From the NCBI GenBank assembly GCA_963662315.1, contig OY759353.1:3104001-3168000 (forward strand): 64,000 nt of DNA, read 5' to 3'. Source of the DNA: Geopsychrobacteraceae bacterium. Lineage in GTDB: Bacteria; Desulfobacterota; Desulfuromonadia; Desulfuromonadales; Geopsychrobacteraceae. The notes under the pieces were generated by a model. The model made no database searches. It had not been told where the DNA came from and worked only from the letters and a program-made list of their open reading frames with translations. Numbering within the stretch: the stretch's first letter is position 1; the number at the start of each line of letters is the position of its first letter. Made by a program: the position numbers and the translations under genes. This document shows, piece after piece, positions 8,826 through 20,375 of this stretch.

Positions 8826-9806
8826 ATGAAACTGCAATCTGTTGCTAAGGGATTGGCCCTCGGCTTGACCCTGTTGACTGTTACAGCAGGCTCTGTATTT
8901 GCGGCCCCGATTAAAGTTGATGTCAACCTGTCTGACTACGTAAAAGTTCAGGGTGTTGCTGGCAACCTGAGCAGCGTTGGTTCCGATACCCTTAACAATA
9001 TGATGACCTTCTGGGCTGAAGGGTTCCGTAAAAAATACCCAAATGTCAACATTCAGATCGAAGGTAAGGGGTCCAGTACTGCTCCTCCGGCGCTGATCGA
9101 AGGCACCAGCCAGCTTGGTCCTATGTCTCGGGCCATGAAGAGTAAAGAAATCCAGGCCTTCGAAGCCAAGTACGGCTTCAAACCGACCACCATTGGTGTC
9201 GCTCTTGATGCCCTGGCCGTATTTACCAGCAAGGATAACCCACTTAAGCAGCTGTCCATGACTCAGGTTGACTCGATCTTCTCCAAAACTCAGAAACGTG
9301 GTGGCGACAACGTTACGGTTTGGGGGCAACTTGGCCTGACGGGTGAATGGAGCAACAAGCCGATCAGCCTTTACGGTCGTAACTCTGCATCCGGTACCTA
9401 TGGCTTCTTTAAAGAGCACACCTTGAAAAAAGGTGATTTCAAAGATACCGTTAAGGAGCAACCAGGCAACGCGTCAGTTGTTCTTGGTGTAACCGAGGAT
9501 ACCGCTGGTATCGGTTACTCTGGTATGGGTTATGTGACTTCCGGTGTACGTGCCCTGCCACTGTCTGACAAAGATGGCGCAACCGCTTACGCTCCTAACT
9601 ACGAGAATGTTCTGAACGGCAAGTACCCACTGGGCCGCATGCTTTACATCAACGTTGTTAAAGAGCCAAACAAGCCAATGCCGGCGCTGGTAAAAGAATT
9701 CATTAAGTATGTTCTGTCAAAAGAAGGTCAGGAAGTTGTTGTTAAAGATGGTTTCCTCCCACTGCCTGCTGAAGTTGCTAAAAAGCAAGCTGCTCTGCTT
9801 GACTAG
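8826..9806 (+). CDS. pstS: Phosphate ABC transporter substrate-binding protein
   Basis: Signal peptide; GSDT, GKGSSTA, MSR, GRNSASGT. Confidence 0.96.
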   Translation: MKLQSVAKGLALGLTLLTVTAGSVFAAPIKVDVNLSDYVKVQGVAGNLSSVGSDTLNNMMTFWAEGFRKKYPNVNIQIEGKGSSTAPPALIEGTSQLGPMSRAMKSKEIQAFEAKYGFKPTTIGVALDALAVFTSKDNPLKQLSMTQVDSIFSKTQKRGGDNVTVWGQLGLTGEWSNKPISLYGRNSASGTYGFFKEHTLKKGDFKDTVKEQPGNASVVLGVTEDTAGIGYSGMGYVTSGVRALPLSDKDGATAYAPNYENVLNGKYPLGRMLYINVVKEPNKPMPALVKEFIKYVLSKEGQEVVVKDGFLPLPAEVAKKQAALLD

Positions 9807-9845
9807 TCAGGGTGCTGGCATACGTTTGAGCGCATGCTGAACTTT

Positions 9846-9880
9846 ACAAGCCCTGCCCTTCTTAATGGGGCAGGGCTTGT
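9846..9880 (+). terminator. Stem-loop after pstS (terminator or mRNA stabiliser)
   Basis: ACAAGCCCTGCCC...GGGCAGGGCTTGT inverted repeat. Confidence 0.75.
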
Positions 9881-9909
9881 TGTCGTGTTAAGAGGATGTA
9901 AAAAGATTT

Positions 9910-12129
9910 ATGAATCCTGCTTTTTTAAAACGTGTTAAGCGTCAGGACGACCTGGCAAAATGGGCGATTACTGTCGGTGGCATGGCGATTATTTTCTGTG
10001 TCATCCTGATTCTGATCCTGATTGCCAAGGTCTCCTTACCTCTGTTCTATGCCCCGGATGCTGAATTGCAGAACAGTTTTACCTTAGCAGACAGGGTTGC
10101 TCCTGACCAGGTCCTCGCTGTTGGTATGGATGAGTACCGGGAAACCGGGTACATCATCGATGACCTTGGTATTGTTCATTTTTTCAATGTTCACGATGGC
10201 TCCAAGCTGGACAATGTGCAATTGAAGAGTGCCAATGGTAACAACAAGCTGGTTAGCGCAGATCGTTACGGTCGTCTTAACCAGGTGCTGTTATGGGCGG
10301 ATGGGACGACAACGATTGAACAGATCAAGTTCTTCCCCTTCTTTGATGAACACAACAATAATGAGCGCAGCATTCAGCATAAAATTGAACAGCAGGCCTC
10401 ATTTGAAGCGTCTGCTGAAATGCCGGTTCTGGTCCAGGCCCGGGTTGATGATGATGGCCGGAAAGTATTCGTTGCGGTAGCGCAGGATGGCTCTTTAAGG
10501 CTGACGATCAGCGAACAGAAGGTATCGTTCCTGGGGGCAGCAGAAGAAGTGCAGGAGAGTTATATTCTCGATAACAGCGCCACAGGTAAGGTTATCTCCC
10601 TGACGTTAAATAACAGTGGGACCAAATTGTTTGCCGGTACCGATCAAGGTGAAATACTCCATTACAATCTCGAAGATATTGAAGAACCGGTGTTGGCTGA
10701 AATGATTCAGGCCTTTGCGGACAAGCGCAGAATTACCGCCTTAAGCATGGTTTATGGCGATGTTTCCCTGGCTGTAGGTGACAGCAAAGGGGAATTGACC
10801 ACCTGGTTTGACGTTCGTGATGAAGAGCGTGGTTGGAAGCTGACCAGAATTCACAATCTTAAAGGGCATAAATCGGCCATAGAAAAGGTGGTGCCGACCC
10901 TTCATGATAAATCGATTATCAGTGCTGCAGCAAGTGGGGTCCAGATCAGCCATATGACCAGTGAACGACTGCTGGTGCGTCTGGACAAGCAACAGTTTAG
11001 GTTTTTTGCCATGTCAACGCGTGGTAATGGCCTCATCGCATTGACAGGTGATGGTAAGATTCACACCTGGAAACTCGATATTCCACACCCGGAGATCAGT
11101 TTCAAGACCCTGTTCGGCAAAGTCTGGTACGAAGGTTATCCACAGCCCGAATATGTCTGGCAGTCTTCAGCCGGATCCGATGATTATGAACCCAAATTCA
11201 GCCTGACCCCATTGATTTTCGGTACGTTGAAGGGGACCTTTTACGCCATGCTGTTTGCTTTGCCGCTGGCGATTTTCGGTGCAATCTATACCAGTCAGTT
11301 TGCCCGGCCCCGTTTTAAAGGAATCATCAAGCCGGCGGTTGAAGTCATGGCCGCTGTGCCGACCGTTATTATCGGGTTTCTTGCCGCCCTATGGTTGGCG
11401 CCACTGATTGAACGCTCTTTGGGGTCCATGTTTCTCAGCCTGATCATGGTACCCGCAGCGTTAATGGTCAGTATTGCGCTGTGGCAGGCAATGCGTAAGG
11501 TTGAAACCCTGAAACGGGTGGAGCGTGGCTATGAATTTCTGGCGATTGCACCGGTTATCATGATCGCGGTGGCGCTTGCCGTGGTCGTGGGCCCCTGGCT
11601 CGAGCAGGCCCTGTTTGCCGGCGATATGAAGCAATGGCTGTTTTCCGAGGTTGGTGTGCGTTACGATCCGCGTAACTGTATCATTATCGCTTTCGCCATG
11701 GGGTTTGCTGTTATTCCGATCATCTTCACCATAGCAGAGGATTCGCTGTCCAACGTGCCGCCAGCGTTAAAAGCCGCGTCACTGGCTTTGGGCGCCAGTC
11801 GTTGGCAAACCGTCTGGCGGGTTATTCTCCCCTCGGCCAGCCCCGGTATTTTCGCCGGCACCATGATCGGTTTTGGTCGTGCTGTTGGCGAAACCATGAT
11901 TGTGCTGATGGCGACCGGAAATACGGCCATTATGGATCTGAGTATTTTTAACGGCATGCGTCCCCTGTCAGCGAATATTGCCGTTGAAATCCCGGAAGCT
12001 CCGGTTGACGGATCGCTATACCGTATTCTGTTTTTATCTGCTGTTATCCTGTTTCTGATGACCTTTGTTGTGAACACTGTTGCAGAGATTGTGCGTCAGC
12101 GTCTGCGTGCCAAATACGGGCGCTTCTAG
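9910..12129 (+). CDS. pstC: Phosphate ABC transporter permease PstC with large beta-propeller-like soluble insertion
   Basis: C-terminal permease domain (EVMAAVPTVIIG, ASLALGASRWQT, GRAVGETM); WD40-like repeats in the insertion. Confidence 0.93.
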   Translation: MNPAFLKRVKRQDDLAKWAITVGGMAIIFCVILILILIAKVSLPLFYAPDAELQNSFTLADRVAPDQVLAVGMDEYRETGYIIDDLGIVHFFNVHDGSKLDNVQLKSANGNNKLVSADRYGRLNQVLLWADGTTTIEQIKFFPFFDEHNNNERSIQHKIEQQASFEASAEMPVLVQARVDDDGRKVFVAVAQDGSLRLTISEQKVSFLGAAEEVQESYILDNSATGKVISLTLNNSGTKLFAGTDQGEILHYNLEDIEEPVLAEMIQAFADKRRITALSMVYGDVSLAVGDSKGELTTWFDVRDEERGWKLTRIHNLKGHKSAIEKVVPTLHDKSIISAAASGVQISHMTSERLLVRLDKQQFRFFAMSTRGNGLIALTGDGKIHTWKLDIPHPEISFKTLFGKVWYEGYPQPEYVWQSSAGSDDYEPKFSLTPLIFGTLKGTFYAMLFALPLAIFGAIYTSQFARPRFKGIIKPAVEVMAAVPTVIIGFLAALWLAPLIERSLGSMFLSLIMVPAALMVSIALWQAMRKVETLKRVERGYEFLAIAPVIMIAVALAVVVGPWLEQALFAGDMKQWLFSEVGVRYDPRNCIIIAFAMGFAVIPIIFTIAEDSLSNVPPALKAASLALGASRWQTVWRVILPSASPGIFAGTMIGFGRAVGETMIVLMATGNTAIMDLSIFNGMRPLSANIAVEIPEAPVDGSLYRILFLSAVILFLMTFVVNTVAEIVRQRLRAKYGRF

Positions 12130-12134
12130 GATTT

Positions 12135-13748
12135 ATGATGAAGAAAACTAAAGAGATGAATAAATACTGGCGGGTCGGTGAGCCGATGGTGTGGTTGTCG
12201 GGAGCGGCACTGTCTATTACCCTGCTCAGTGCCATCGTTCTGCTGATCGTGATTATGGTTAATGGCCTGGGAGTTTTCTGGCCGTCAGACTTACAGCAGA
12301 TCGAACTGAAGGATGGTAAGCTTCTGGCGGGTAAACTGGTCCAGACGACCAAGACTGCCGATGAAACCGGGCTGCGGCGGCAATACAAGATTGCCAACCG
12401 GGACCTGTATGGACTTGATTTTCGCTGGGTAGACGAAGCTCAGATTGTCAAAGAGCAGCTGCCGCAGGATCTGTTTGTCCTGGAGCGGATGGAACATGGT
12501 GATTTTTACGGCTATCTGAAACAGATGACCTCTGAAAGCGGTCAGAATGTTGTGGCAACCCTTGGGAACTTCGAGAAGCTTCTGAGCAAAATTCACACCG
12601 AGCTTGAGCAGCTATTGGAGCTTGAAAATAAATTAAAAGCTGATAGTTACCGCACCGAAGCCATTCGCCTTGAGCTGCTTAAACTCGATTACAACAAGGT
12701 GTCACAGGCTGAGGCACAATATCAGGAACTGGTCAGTGAAAAAGCGAGACTGGAAAAAGAATTTTCAGAATTAATCGCGGTGCAAACCAGCCGAACCCAG
12801 AAAATTCGCCAGGCCAGAGCTCTTTTTACCGATGCCAATGGTCAGGAAAAAGAGATTGTCCTGGCTGATGTGGTGCAGATTTATGCGCCTAACCAGATGT
12901 CGTCCCTGGAAAAAATCGGTTTTTACTGTAATAAGGTCATAGAACTGTTTGTCGATGAACCACGCGAATCCAATACGGAGGGCGGCTTGTTCCCGGCGAT
13001 TTTCGGCACCGTGATGCTGATTTTCATTATGAGCCTGTTCAGCTTTCCCATGGGGGTTATTGCCGCAGTTTATTTGCGAGAATACGCCAAGGATGGTCTG
13101 CTGGTGCGCATTGTTCGTATTGCGGTTAACAATCTGGCCGGTATCCCGTCCATTGTTTACGGCATCTTCGGACTCGGTTTTTTCATCTACGGTATCGGCC
13201 ACAGTCTTGACGTTCTGTTTTTTCCGGAACGGCTTCCGACTCCAACCTTTGGTACCGGCGGGCTGCTGTGGGCGAGTCTGACCCTGGCCCTGTTGACGGT
13301 TCCGGTGGTTATTGTCTCGACAGAAGAGGCTCTGGGCGCCATTCCTGCAGAAATGCGCGCCGGATCATACGCTTTAGGAGCGACCAAGTTTCAGACCCTG
13401 GTACGGATTCTGCTGCCGATGGCTTCCCCCGGTATTCTGACCGGGCTGATTCTGGCCATGGCCCGTGCTGCCGGTGAGGTGGCACCGCTGATGATTACCG
13501 GGGTTGTCAAGTTGGCCCCGGCGCTGCCTATCGACGGTAATTTTCCGTTTGTGCATCTGGACCGTAAATTTATGCACCTTGGCTTTCATATTTACGATAT
13601 CGGCTTTCAGTCGCCGAATGTCGAGGCCGCCAAACCGATGGTGTTTGTCACCACACTGTTGCTGGTGCTGATCGTTCTGACCATGAGCAGTATCGCTATC
13701 CGCCTGCGCAACAAGATGAAGAAGCGCTACACCTTTGGTACCTTTTAA
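12135..13748 (+). CDS. pstA: Phosphate ABC transporter permease PstA, long form
   Basis: PRESNTEGG, NLAGIPSIVYG, ALGATKFQT, ARAAGEVAP. Confidence 0.95.
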   Translation: MMKKTKEMNKYWRVGEPMVWLSGAALSITLLSAIVLLIVIMVNGLGVFWPSDLQQIELKDGKLLAGKLVQTTKTADETGLRRQYKIANRDLYGLDFRWVDEAQIVKEQLPQDLFVLERMEHGDFYGYLKQMTSESGQNVVATLGNFEKLLSKIHTELEQLLELENKLKADSYRTEAIRLELLKLDYNKVSQAEAQYQELVSEKARLEKEFSELIAVQTSRTQKIRQARALFTDANGQEKEIVLADVVQIYAPNQMSSLEKIGFYCNKVIELFVDEPRESNTEGGLFPAIFGTVMLIFIMSLFSFPMGVIAAVYLREYAKDGLLVRIVRIAVNNLAGIPSIVYGIFGLGFFIYGIGHSLDVLFFPERLPTPTFGTGGLLWASLTLALLTVPVVIVSTEEALGAIPAEMRAGSYALGATKFQTLVRILLPMASPGILTGLILAMARAAGEVAPLMITGVVKLAPALPIDGNFPFVHLDRKFMHLGFHIYDIGFQSPNVEAAKPMVFVTTLLLVLIVLTMSSIAIRLRNKMKKRYTFGTF

Positions 13749-13829
13749 AATCTGAACATGTTGAAATTGTTTAAAGATTGGATTTAATCGTTAGATTAAG
13801 GCGATTTGGATATAGGAGAACGTTGAAAT

Positions 13830-14606
13830 ATGAGTGAAGTGAAGATCGAAAAGCCCATCGTCGAGGTCAATAACCTGCGGTTTTTCTATCCAGGAGATGC
13901 CCGGGCACTGCACGGCATCGATATCAGTTTTGCGGAAAAGCAGGTCACCGCTCTGATCGGACCGTCGGGTTGCGGTAAGAGCACGCTGCTGCGCTGTTTT
14001 AATCGGATGAATGATCTGATCGACGGCAGTCGGGTGGAAGGGGAAATCCTGCTTGATGGGCAGAATATTTATGATCGCAATACCGATATCATCGAACTGC
14101 GGCGCCGGGTCGGGATGGTCTTTCAGAAATCCAACCCCTTTCCCAAGTCGATCTATGAGAATGTTATTTACGGCCTGCGCATTGCCGGTGAAAATGCCAA
14201 GGAATTGCTGGATGAGCGGGTTGAGAGCAGTCTTAGAGGGGCCGCCCTGTGGGATGAAGTCAAGGACCGCCTGAATGAAAGTGCCCTCGGCTTATCGGGT
14301 GGCCAGATGCAGCGTTTATGTATTGCGCGGGCGATTGCCGTTAATCCGCGGGTTATTCTGATGGATGAACCTTGTAGTGCCCTGGACCCTAAATCGACGG
14401 CCCGGGTTGAGGAGTTGATTGGGGAACTGCGTGAGAACTTCACCATTATCATTGTGACGCACAATATGCAGCAGGCCGCCCGGGTCTCAGATTATACGGC
14501 CTTTCTGTTTGAAGGAAACCTTATTGAATACGGTCTGACCGAGCAGCTTTTTGTGAAGCCGCGTAATAAGCAGACTGAAGATTATATTACCGGTCGTTTC
14601 GGTTAG
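13830..14606 (+). CDS. pstB: Phosphate ABC transporter ATPase
   Basis: [32 protein letters not shown]. Confidence 0.98.
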   Translation: MSEVKIEKPIVEVNNLRFFYPGDARALHGIDISFAEKQVTALIGPSGCGKSTLLRCFNRMNDLIDGSRVEGEILLDGQNIYDRNTDIIELRRRVGMVFQKSNPFPKSIYENVIYGLRIAGENAKELLDERVESSLRGAALWDEVKDRLNESALGLSGGQMQRLCIARAIAVNPRVILMDEPCSALDPKSTARVEELIGELRENFTIIIVTHNMQQAARVSDYTAFLFEGNLIEYGLTEQLFVKPRNKQTEDYITGRFG

Positions 14607-14621
14607 AAAGGATAGAAAACC

Positions 14622-15284
14622 ATGGCTGTTTTGATTCAGTCTGATCTGGAAAATTTAAAAAGGCGCCTGCTGATTCTCAGTGCCGAGGTCGAGGAGCGTG
14701 TACAGCATGCGGTTCTCGCCCTGCTAAATGATGATGATGAACTGGCGACCAAAGTCAAAGGTGGTGATAACCGCATTGACAATCTGGAAATCGAGCTTGA
14801 AGAAGAGTGTCTTAAAGTGCTGGCTCTGCATCAACCGGTTGCCAATGATCTGCGTTTTATCGTCTCGGTGCTGAAAATCAACAATGACCTTGAGCGGGTG
14901 GCTGATTTTGCTGTCAACCTGGCTGAGCGAGCCCTTGATCTGAATCGTTTGACCACCGGTGAATGCCCCTATGATATTAAAACCATGGCCAACCGGGTTA
15001 AGGTGATGCTGCGTTCGGCCCTCGACTCACTGATGAATCAGGACTCTTTTCTGGCGCGCACGACCATCAAAATGGATGACGAAGTTGACCGTACCCATAG
15101 TACCAACTATGAAAAAGTTAAAGAAGTCATCCTTGCTGAGCCACACCGGCTTGATGAGCTGGTCTTATATCTGTCCATTTCTCGCTACCTGGAACGGATG
15201 GCCGACCTGGCAACCAATATTGCCGAAGATGTGGTCTATCAGATTGAAGGGGAAATTATCCGCCACGGAGGGATGCAAATCTGA
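14622..15284 (+). CDS. phoU: Phosphate signalling protein PhoU
   Basis: HQPVANDLR, DLERVADF, YLERMADLATNIAE. Confidence 0.97.
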   Translation: MAVLIQSDLENLKRRLLILSAEVEERVQHAVLALLNDDDELATKVKGGDNRIDNLEIELEEECLKVLALHQPVANDLRFIVSVLKINNDLERVADFAVNLAERALDLNRLTTGECPYDIKTMANRVKVMLRSALDSLMNQDSFLARTTIKMDDEVDRTHSTNYEKVKEVILAEPHRLDELVLYLSISRYLERMADLATNIAEDVVYQIEGEIIRHGGMQI

Positions 15285-15322
15285 TCTTTATACTGATAGT
15301 CGTGGCCTGATTCTGATTGATT

Positions 15323-15357
15323 AAATGCCTTGGGAATTCTTTTCCAAGGCATTTTTT
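15323..15357 (+). terminator. Rho-independent terminator of the pst operon
   Basis: AAATGCCTTGGGAA...TTTCCAAGGCATTT followed by a T tract. Confidence 0.85.
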
Positions 15358-15463
15358 CATTAATAAATAGCCCATGGGTTAATTGTAAGTTTTCACTAAT
15401 ATTATCCTAACAATCTTGACTATAGTGATCCTGGCATAAAAATAATTGTTTTGGAGAATAGTC

Positions 15464-17650
15464 ATGAATCTTGTAAGGCGCTTAACCCTTTCCTTTGGGA
15501 TTGTCATCGTCCTGACCATATTGATGTACATGGTTTTTACCTCAGGAACAGGTGAAATCCGCCTGGCTCACCAGCAGACAGGGCAAGCGCTGGATAGTGC
15601 AACTGAGGCTGGTAAAAAGGCGGCACTGGTAGATAGCAGTATTAAAAACCTGGAAAACTTAAGGGCCGCCTTGAAAATAGCACTTGCCGAAGTACAGGGA
15701 CAAATGCTGACCAACTCTGATTCTTTGAATTTTGGTCTCTTAGATACTGATTCAGCGCCAGACTTTACCCCGCGGCAGGGTGAGAACGGGGAGCAGATCA
15801 ACACGCTGCTTGGCAATGACATGGCCTGGCAAAGCGCTATGACGGAAAAATATAACCAGTCAAGGGACATTGCGGCTCGCATAAAGGAGCAGTGGGCACC
15901 TTATCATGAAGGCCTGTCCAAAAGTGTCGACGATCTGAAGCGCTCATTACTGAACTGGAATCTCAAGGTCGCAAACATGCTGTTTGTACAGAGTTCCCTT
16001 GGGGAGCTCATTTATGAAGACATTGCCGATACACCATTACAGGAGTTTATGGCTGGTGAGGTCTACCAACAGTTTGCGCCCCTTGTCCCCCAGCTGCAGG
16101 ACGCGTTGACGAAAACGGCCAGTGCCAATGAGGCCTTGTACTATGGCGTTGACCAGCTTGATACCATGGCAATGCTGGGGCAATGGGAAAAAGCCAGGCT
16201 TTATTATCGGGATGTCTTTCCGATGAATATCAAATCAATCGTTGTCGACCTGGACCAGGTGATGAGTCTCGAAAATGGCATACTCAAACAGCATGCCCGT
16301 GCCGGAACTCTTCTCGGCAGCGAATTAAGGCCGCTGGCTGAGGACATGGACACCATTCTCGCAGGTCTTGTACAGCAGCTGAAGGAGCTGCAACAACAGT
16401 CAAGAACAGCAGTCAGTCAAGCTGCTGATAAGGTTCTGACCGGGAGTGAGAAGGTTGTTGCTAATTTGAACCGGGTCGAACAGCTCAGCACTCTGCTTGT
16501 GTTACTTGTCATCGTTGTCGGAGTTATCAGTTCTTTATTCGCGACCCACTCGATTGTCCGGCCGACCAGGCAAATTGTCGCAATGCTCGAAGGGATGAAG
16601 GATGGCAAGCTTGATCAACGGCTCAATTTCAAGCGTAGGGACGAATTCGGACGCATGGGCATGGTCCTGGATCAGTTTGCGGATAACCTGAAATATGAAA
16701 TCCTGCAGGCCTTCGACCATTTGGGAAAAGGGGACTTTACCTTTCGTGCGGATGGTCTGATCAAGGAACCACTGCATGTCGTTAATAACTCACTGACGGA
16801 CTTTGTCGGCGAAATTCAGCATACAGGAGCGACGGTTTTCCGGGGGGCGGATAAGATATCCACGTCAAACAGAGAACTGTCAGCCGGGGCAAATCAGCAG
16901 TCAGAAGCGTTAACCCGGTTTTCTCAGGCAATGGAAAAGATTTCAGCACGGGCTGATAATAATAACCGGGGGGCGGAAAACGCTCACACCCTGCTGGATT
17001 TGTTACGCGCAGAAGCCGATAAAAGTTATGCCGAAATGGAAGCGGTGGTTTCGTCAATGCATGACATTGCTGCAGTAGGACAGGACATCAACAAGATCAT
17101 GAAAGTGATAGATTCCATAGCCTTCCAGACCAATTTATTGGCATTGAATGCCGCTGTCGAAGCTGCCCGCGCTGGACAGCATGGCAAAGGGTTTGCTGTT
17201 GTCGCTGAAGAAGTCAGGACGTTGGCTAACAACAGCAGCAAAGCAGCAGGTGAAATTGCCCGCCTGATTGAAGGATCACAACAAAAGATCGCCGGTGGCG
17301 TGGAGCGTGCCACCCAGACAGCGGAAACCCTTCAAAATATGACCACTAAAGTGAATGATATCGCATCTCTCGCAGCCGGAATTGCGTCTGCTTCCAGTCA
17401 ACAGGTGGCCGAAATCATTGATATTCGTATTGCACTGGACGAGATTGGGCAAATCACCACTATGAATGAACAGGTCTCGGTGGCGACTGCTGAAGAAGCG
17501 TCTACGCTGGCTGAATACGCTGGGAAATTACAGCAGCTGCTGAACAAGTTTCGCTTTGAAGATGACCTGGCGATGAAGGAGTTGACGGCGTGCAGTGAAT
17601 GGAATAAGGGAACCGAAACAAAAGAAGTGTATCTGACCGTAGCGGCCTGA
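15464..17650 (+). CDS. Methyl-accepting chemotaxis protein (large periplasmic region, HAMP, MCP signalling domain)
   Basis: Two TM segments; [34 protein letters not shown]. Confidence 0.95.
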   Translation: MNLVRRLTLSFGIVIVLTILMYMVFTSGTGEIRLAHQQTGQALDSATEAGKKAALVDSSIKNLENLRAALKIALAEVQGQMLTNSDSLNFGLLDTDSAPDFTPRQGENGEQINTLLGNDMAWQSAMTEKYNQSRDIAARIKEQWAPYHEGLSKSVDDLKRSLLNWNLKVANMLFVQSSLGELIYEDIADTPLQEFMAGEVYQQFAPLVPQLQDALTKTASANEALYYGVDQLDTMAMLGQWEKARLYYRDVFPMNIKSIVVDLDQVMSLENGILKQHARAGTLLGSELRPLAEDMDTILAGLVQQLKELQQQSRTAVSQAADKVLTGSEKVVANLNRVEQLSTLLVLLVIVVGVISSLFATHSIVRPTRQIVAMLEGMKDGKLDQRLNFKRRDEFGRMGMVLDQFADNLKYEILQAFDHLGKGDFTFRADGLIKEPLHVVNNSLTDFVGEIQHTGATVFRGADKISTSNRELSAGANQQSEALTRFSQAMEKISARADNNNRGAENAHTLLDLLRAEADKSYAEMEAVVSSMHDIAAVGQDINKIMKVIDSIAFQTNLLALNAAVEAARAGQHGKGFAVVAEEVRTLANNSSKAAGEIARLIEGSQQKIAGGVERATQTAETLQNMTTKVNDIASLAAGIASASSQQVAEIIDIRIALDEIGQITTMNEQVSVATAEEASTLAEYAGKLQQLLNKFRFEDDLAMKELTACSEWNKGTETKEVYLTVAA

Positions 17651-17680
17651 CAAATCAATATAAGAACGGGGATGCTTAAT

Positions 17681-17711
17681 GGACTGACGATCAGTGCCTG
17701 ATCGTCAGTCC
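17681..17711. terminator. Hairpin between convergent MCP and PBP1A genes
   Basis: GGACTGACGATCAG-tgc-CTGATCGTCAGTCC, perfect 14-bp stem. Confidence 0.75.
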
Positions 17712-17721
17712 ACATGAAATT

Positions 17722-20109
17722 TTACATTTCCAGGCGGAAGAAGTCCCGGGCTTTGAGTTTTTTCTCGTCATTCATGCGGGTTGGAGCGGTGCCGGGGGCA
17801 AAGGCTTCAAAATAGGCCTGGTTATTGTCGTCAGCCAGTAGCAGTCCGCTTTTGGTGTCGATAGCATGGAATTCAATGGAATCAGGAATTTTGAATTGCT
17901 CAACCGGATATTGCTTGGCAGCTTCCTGCATGAATGCAACCCACGCCGGTGATGCAGCACGGGAGCCGGTTTCACTTTTACCCAAAGGTCGCTCCTGGTC
18001 ATAACCGACCCAGGAAACACATGCCAGTTGCGGAATAAAACCGATGTACCAGGCGTCTTTCAAGTCGTTGGTGGTTCCTGTTTTTCCGGCAGAAGGACGC
18101 TTGATCGCTTTGGCACGCCAACCGGTACCCTCCTGCACGACACTTTCCATGACATTAGTGATCAGATAAGCGGTTTCCGGGGAAATAACCCGGTGCGGTG
18201 GTTTGCGGATCAGATGCTGGTCGCTGCCCATGCCTGTGGCAAAGTCGGCAGGCTCGATCGATTCCAGGATCCGGCCATTACGGTCTTTAATCCGGGTAAT
18301 GAAGGTGGGCGGAATGAGAATCCCGCCGTTGGCAAATACCGTATAGGCGGTCAGCATTTCCAGTGGAGTGACCGCTGTTGAGCCAAGGGCCATGGACAGA
18401 TCCCGCTGCAGAGGGGTTTCTATCCCGAGTTTTTCAATATAGTTGGCAGCATAGTTGACACCGATATCTTCAAGAATTTTGATGGTGACAACGTTGCGCG
18501 AATGGGCTAAAGCCTGGCGGAAGGTTGTTGGCCCATAAAACTTTTCTTCATAGTTTTTTGGTTTCCACTCTTCTATTTCACCGGTCTGGACCTTTTTATT
18601 CTCATAAATGAGTGGCGTATCCAGAATGATGCTGGCAGGGGTATATCCGCGATCAAGGGCGGCGGCATAAATCAATGGCTTGATCGCAGAGCCAGGCAGA
18701 CGTTTCGCCTGAATGGCGCGGTTGAACTGGCTTTTATTGAAATCATAACCGCCGACGATCGCTTTAACCTGACCGCTGAAAGGATCTATGGCAACCAGGG
18801 CGCCCTGGGCTTCAGGTTCCTGTTCAAGAGCCAGCAACACCGGTTCACTTGAAGGGTCGAGAATCTGTACTTCAATGACTGAACCCACCGGCAGGATGGT
18901 TTTTTTGCTATCGGCATTCCCCTGGAGTTCTGCAGACGCTGGACCAATTTCGATGGCGCCGGCCCATTTGCTGTCAGCAATGGAAATCTCACCGGTTTTG
19001 TTGCCGATTTTGCAGATAATATGATCATCCCTGATACCGCTGACCAGAGCCTGGGAGTAACTCCCTTCAATCATGGGTTCATCTTCAAACTGCTCGATCT
19101 GGTTAGTCAGGAATTCCAGCTGTTCCGCTTCCGTTAAGACCCCGGTGACGCCCCGGTACCCCTGGCGCTTATCGTGATCGCGCAGGTTGTGCTGAACTGC
19201 CTGCCGGGCGGCTTCCTGCATTTTCAGGTTGATGCTGGTTTCGACCTGAAGTCCGCCAGTATAGAGCTGTTCTTCGCCGAAGCGTTCTTCCAGGTAACGC
19301 CGCACCTGTTCGTTAAAGTAGGCAGTGACATCAAGCAGATGATTGAGGCGTGGTTTGATTTTGACTTTTTCCACCGCAGCCTGATCTCGCTCTTGCGGCG
19401 TAATAAAGCCTTCTTTGACCATGCGGCCCAGAACATATTTCTGGCGTTCCATAGCCCGTGCATAGTGTTTATAGGGGGAATAGCGACTGGGTGCCTGAGG
19501 CAGACCAGCCAGAATGGCACTTTCGGCCAGGGTCAGTTGATCGACGTTTTTATCGAAATAGTTTTCGGCGGCCGCTTCAACACCGTAAGCCCGGTGACCA
19601 AGATAAATCTGGTTGAGATAAAGGTAGAGGATCTCCTGCTTGGTCAGGGCCTGCTCCATGCGCCAGGCCAGAATCGCTTCTTTAAATTTGCGGGTGAAAG
19701 TTCTTTCCGAGGTTAACAACAGTTTTTTGGCAACCTGCTGGGTAATCGTACTGCCACCCTGGGCGATGCCGCCGGCTTTCAGGTTTTTCAGCACAGCGCG
19801 GCCAATGGAGACAAAATCAATCCCTTTGTGTGAGAAGAAACTGGAGTCCTCGGCAGCCACAAACGCTTGAATCAGGGTTTTGGGGATTTTTTCAAAAGGG
19901 ACCAGAATTCTGCGTTCACGTGAATATTCGGCAATGACAGTACCGTCGTCGGCAAAGACCTGAGTGATCAGAGGTGGTTTGTAATCTGATAAAGTGTTGA
20001 CATCGGGCAGGGTTGACGAAACATAAAAGTAAGCGCCGACCAGTAGCGCTGCTCCAAGCAAAGGTGCGCAGAGCATGGCGAAAAGACAATATTTAAGGAA
20101 CCGCTTCAT
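17722..20109 (-). CDS. mrcA: Penicillin-binding protein 1A (transglycosylase/transpeptidase)
   Basis: AEDSSF, GGSTITQQ, RKFKE, SAIK (SxxK), SRN, KTG. Confidence 0.95.
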   Translation of the reverse strand: MKRFLKYCLFAMLCAPLLGAALLVGAYFYVSSTLPDVNTLSDYKPPLITQVFADDGTVIAEYSRERRILVPFEKIPKTLIQAFVAAEDSSFFSHKGIDFVSIGRAVLKNLKAGGIAQGGSTITQQVAKKLLLTSERTFTRKFKEAILAWRMEQALTKQEILYLYLNQIYLGHRAYGVEAAAENYFDKNVDQLTLAESAILAGLPQAPSRYSPYKHYARAMERQKYVLGRMVKEGFITPQERDQAAVEKVKIKPRLNHLLDVTAYFNEQVRRYLEERFGEEQLYTGGLQVETSINLKMQEAARQAVQHNLRDHDKRQGYRGVTGVLTEAEQLEFLTNQIEQFEDEPMIEGSYSQALVSGIRDDHIICKIGNKTGEISIADSKWAGAIEIGPASAELQGNADSKKTILPVGSVIEVQILDPSSEPVLLALEQEPEAQGALVAIDPFSGQVKAIVGGYDFNKSQFNRAIQAKRLPGSAIKPLIYAAALDRGYTPASIILDTPLIYENKKVQTGEIEEWKPKNYEEKFYGPTTFRQALAHSRNVVTIKILEDIGVNYAANYIEKLGIETPLQRDLSMALGSTAVTPLEMLTAYTVFANGGILIPPTFITRIKDRNGRILESIEPADFATGMGSDQHLIRKPPHRVISPETAYLITNVMESVVQEGTGWRAKAIKRPSAGKTGTTNDLKDAWYIGFIPQLACVSWVGYDQERPLGKSETGSRAASPAWVAFMQEAAKQYPVEQFKIPDSIEFHAIDTKSGLLLADDNNQAYFEAFAPGTAPTRMNDEKKLKARDFFRLEM

Positions 20110-20313
20110 GGTAGATAAGGCCTGCTAGAGTTTATAGGACTTCTCATTTGTTTGTGAGGTGCGTTATGAATGAACGATACGACAATGGCAGATTTATACC
20201 ATGGCGGGTCCGGGACGGGCAACAGCTTGTCGCAAAAGTTGGTCAATAATCACGCAAATGTAGTATGATACAAAAATTACTGTCAAGGATTGGGCGGCAC
20301 AAGGGCGATAGGC

Positions 20314-20342
20314 TTGACCCCTGCTTTGGATCGGCCTATGCT
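20314..20342 (+). promoter_or_regulatory. Sigma70 promoter for the queC operon
   Basis: TTGACC-17 bp-TATGCT. Confidence 0.6.
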
Positions 20343-20375
20343 CCGCGCTATGCGAGTAATATGAATATCAGGTTG

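Noticed and set aside
9910..13748. Unusually long PstC and PstA
   Set aside because: Long forms with soluble insertions are already known in other proteobacteria
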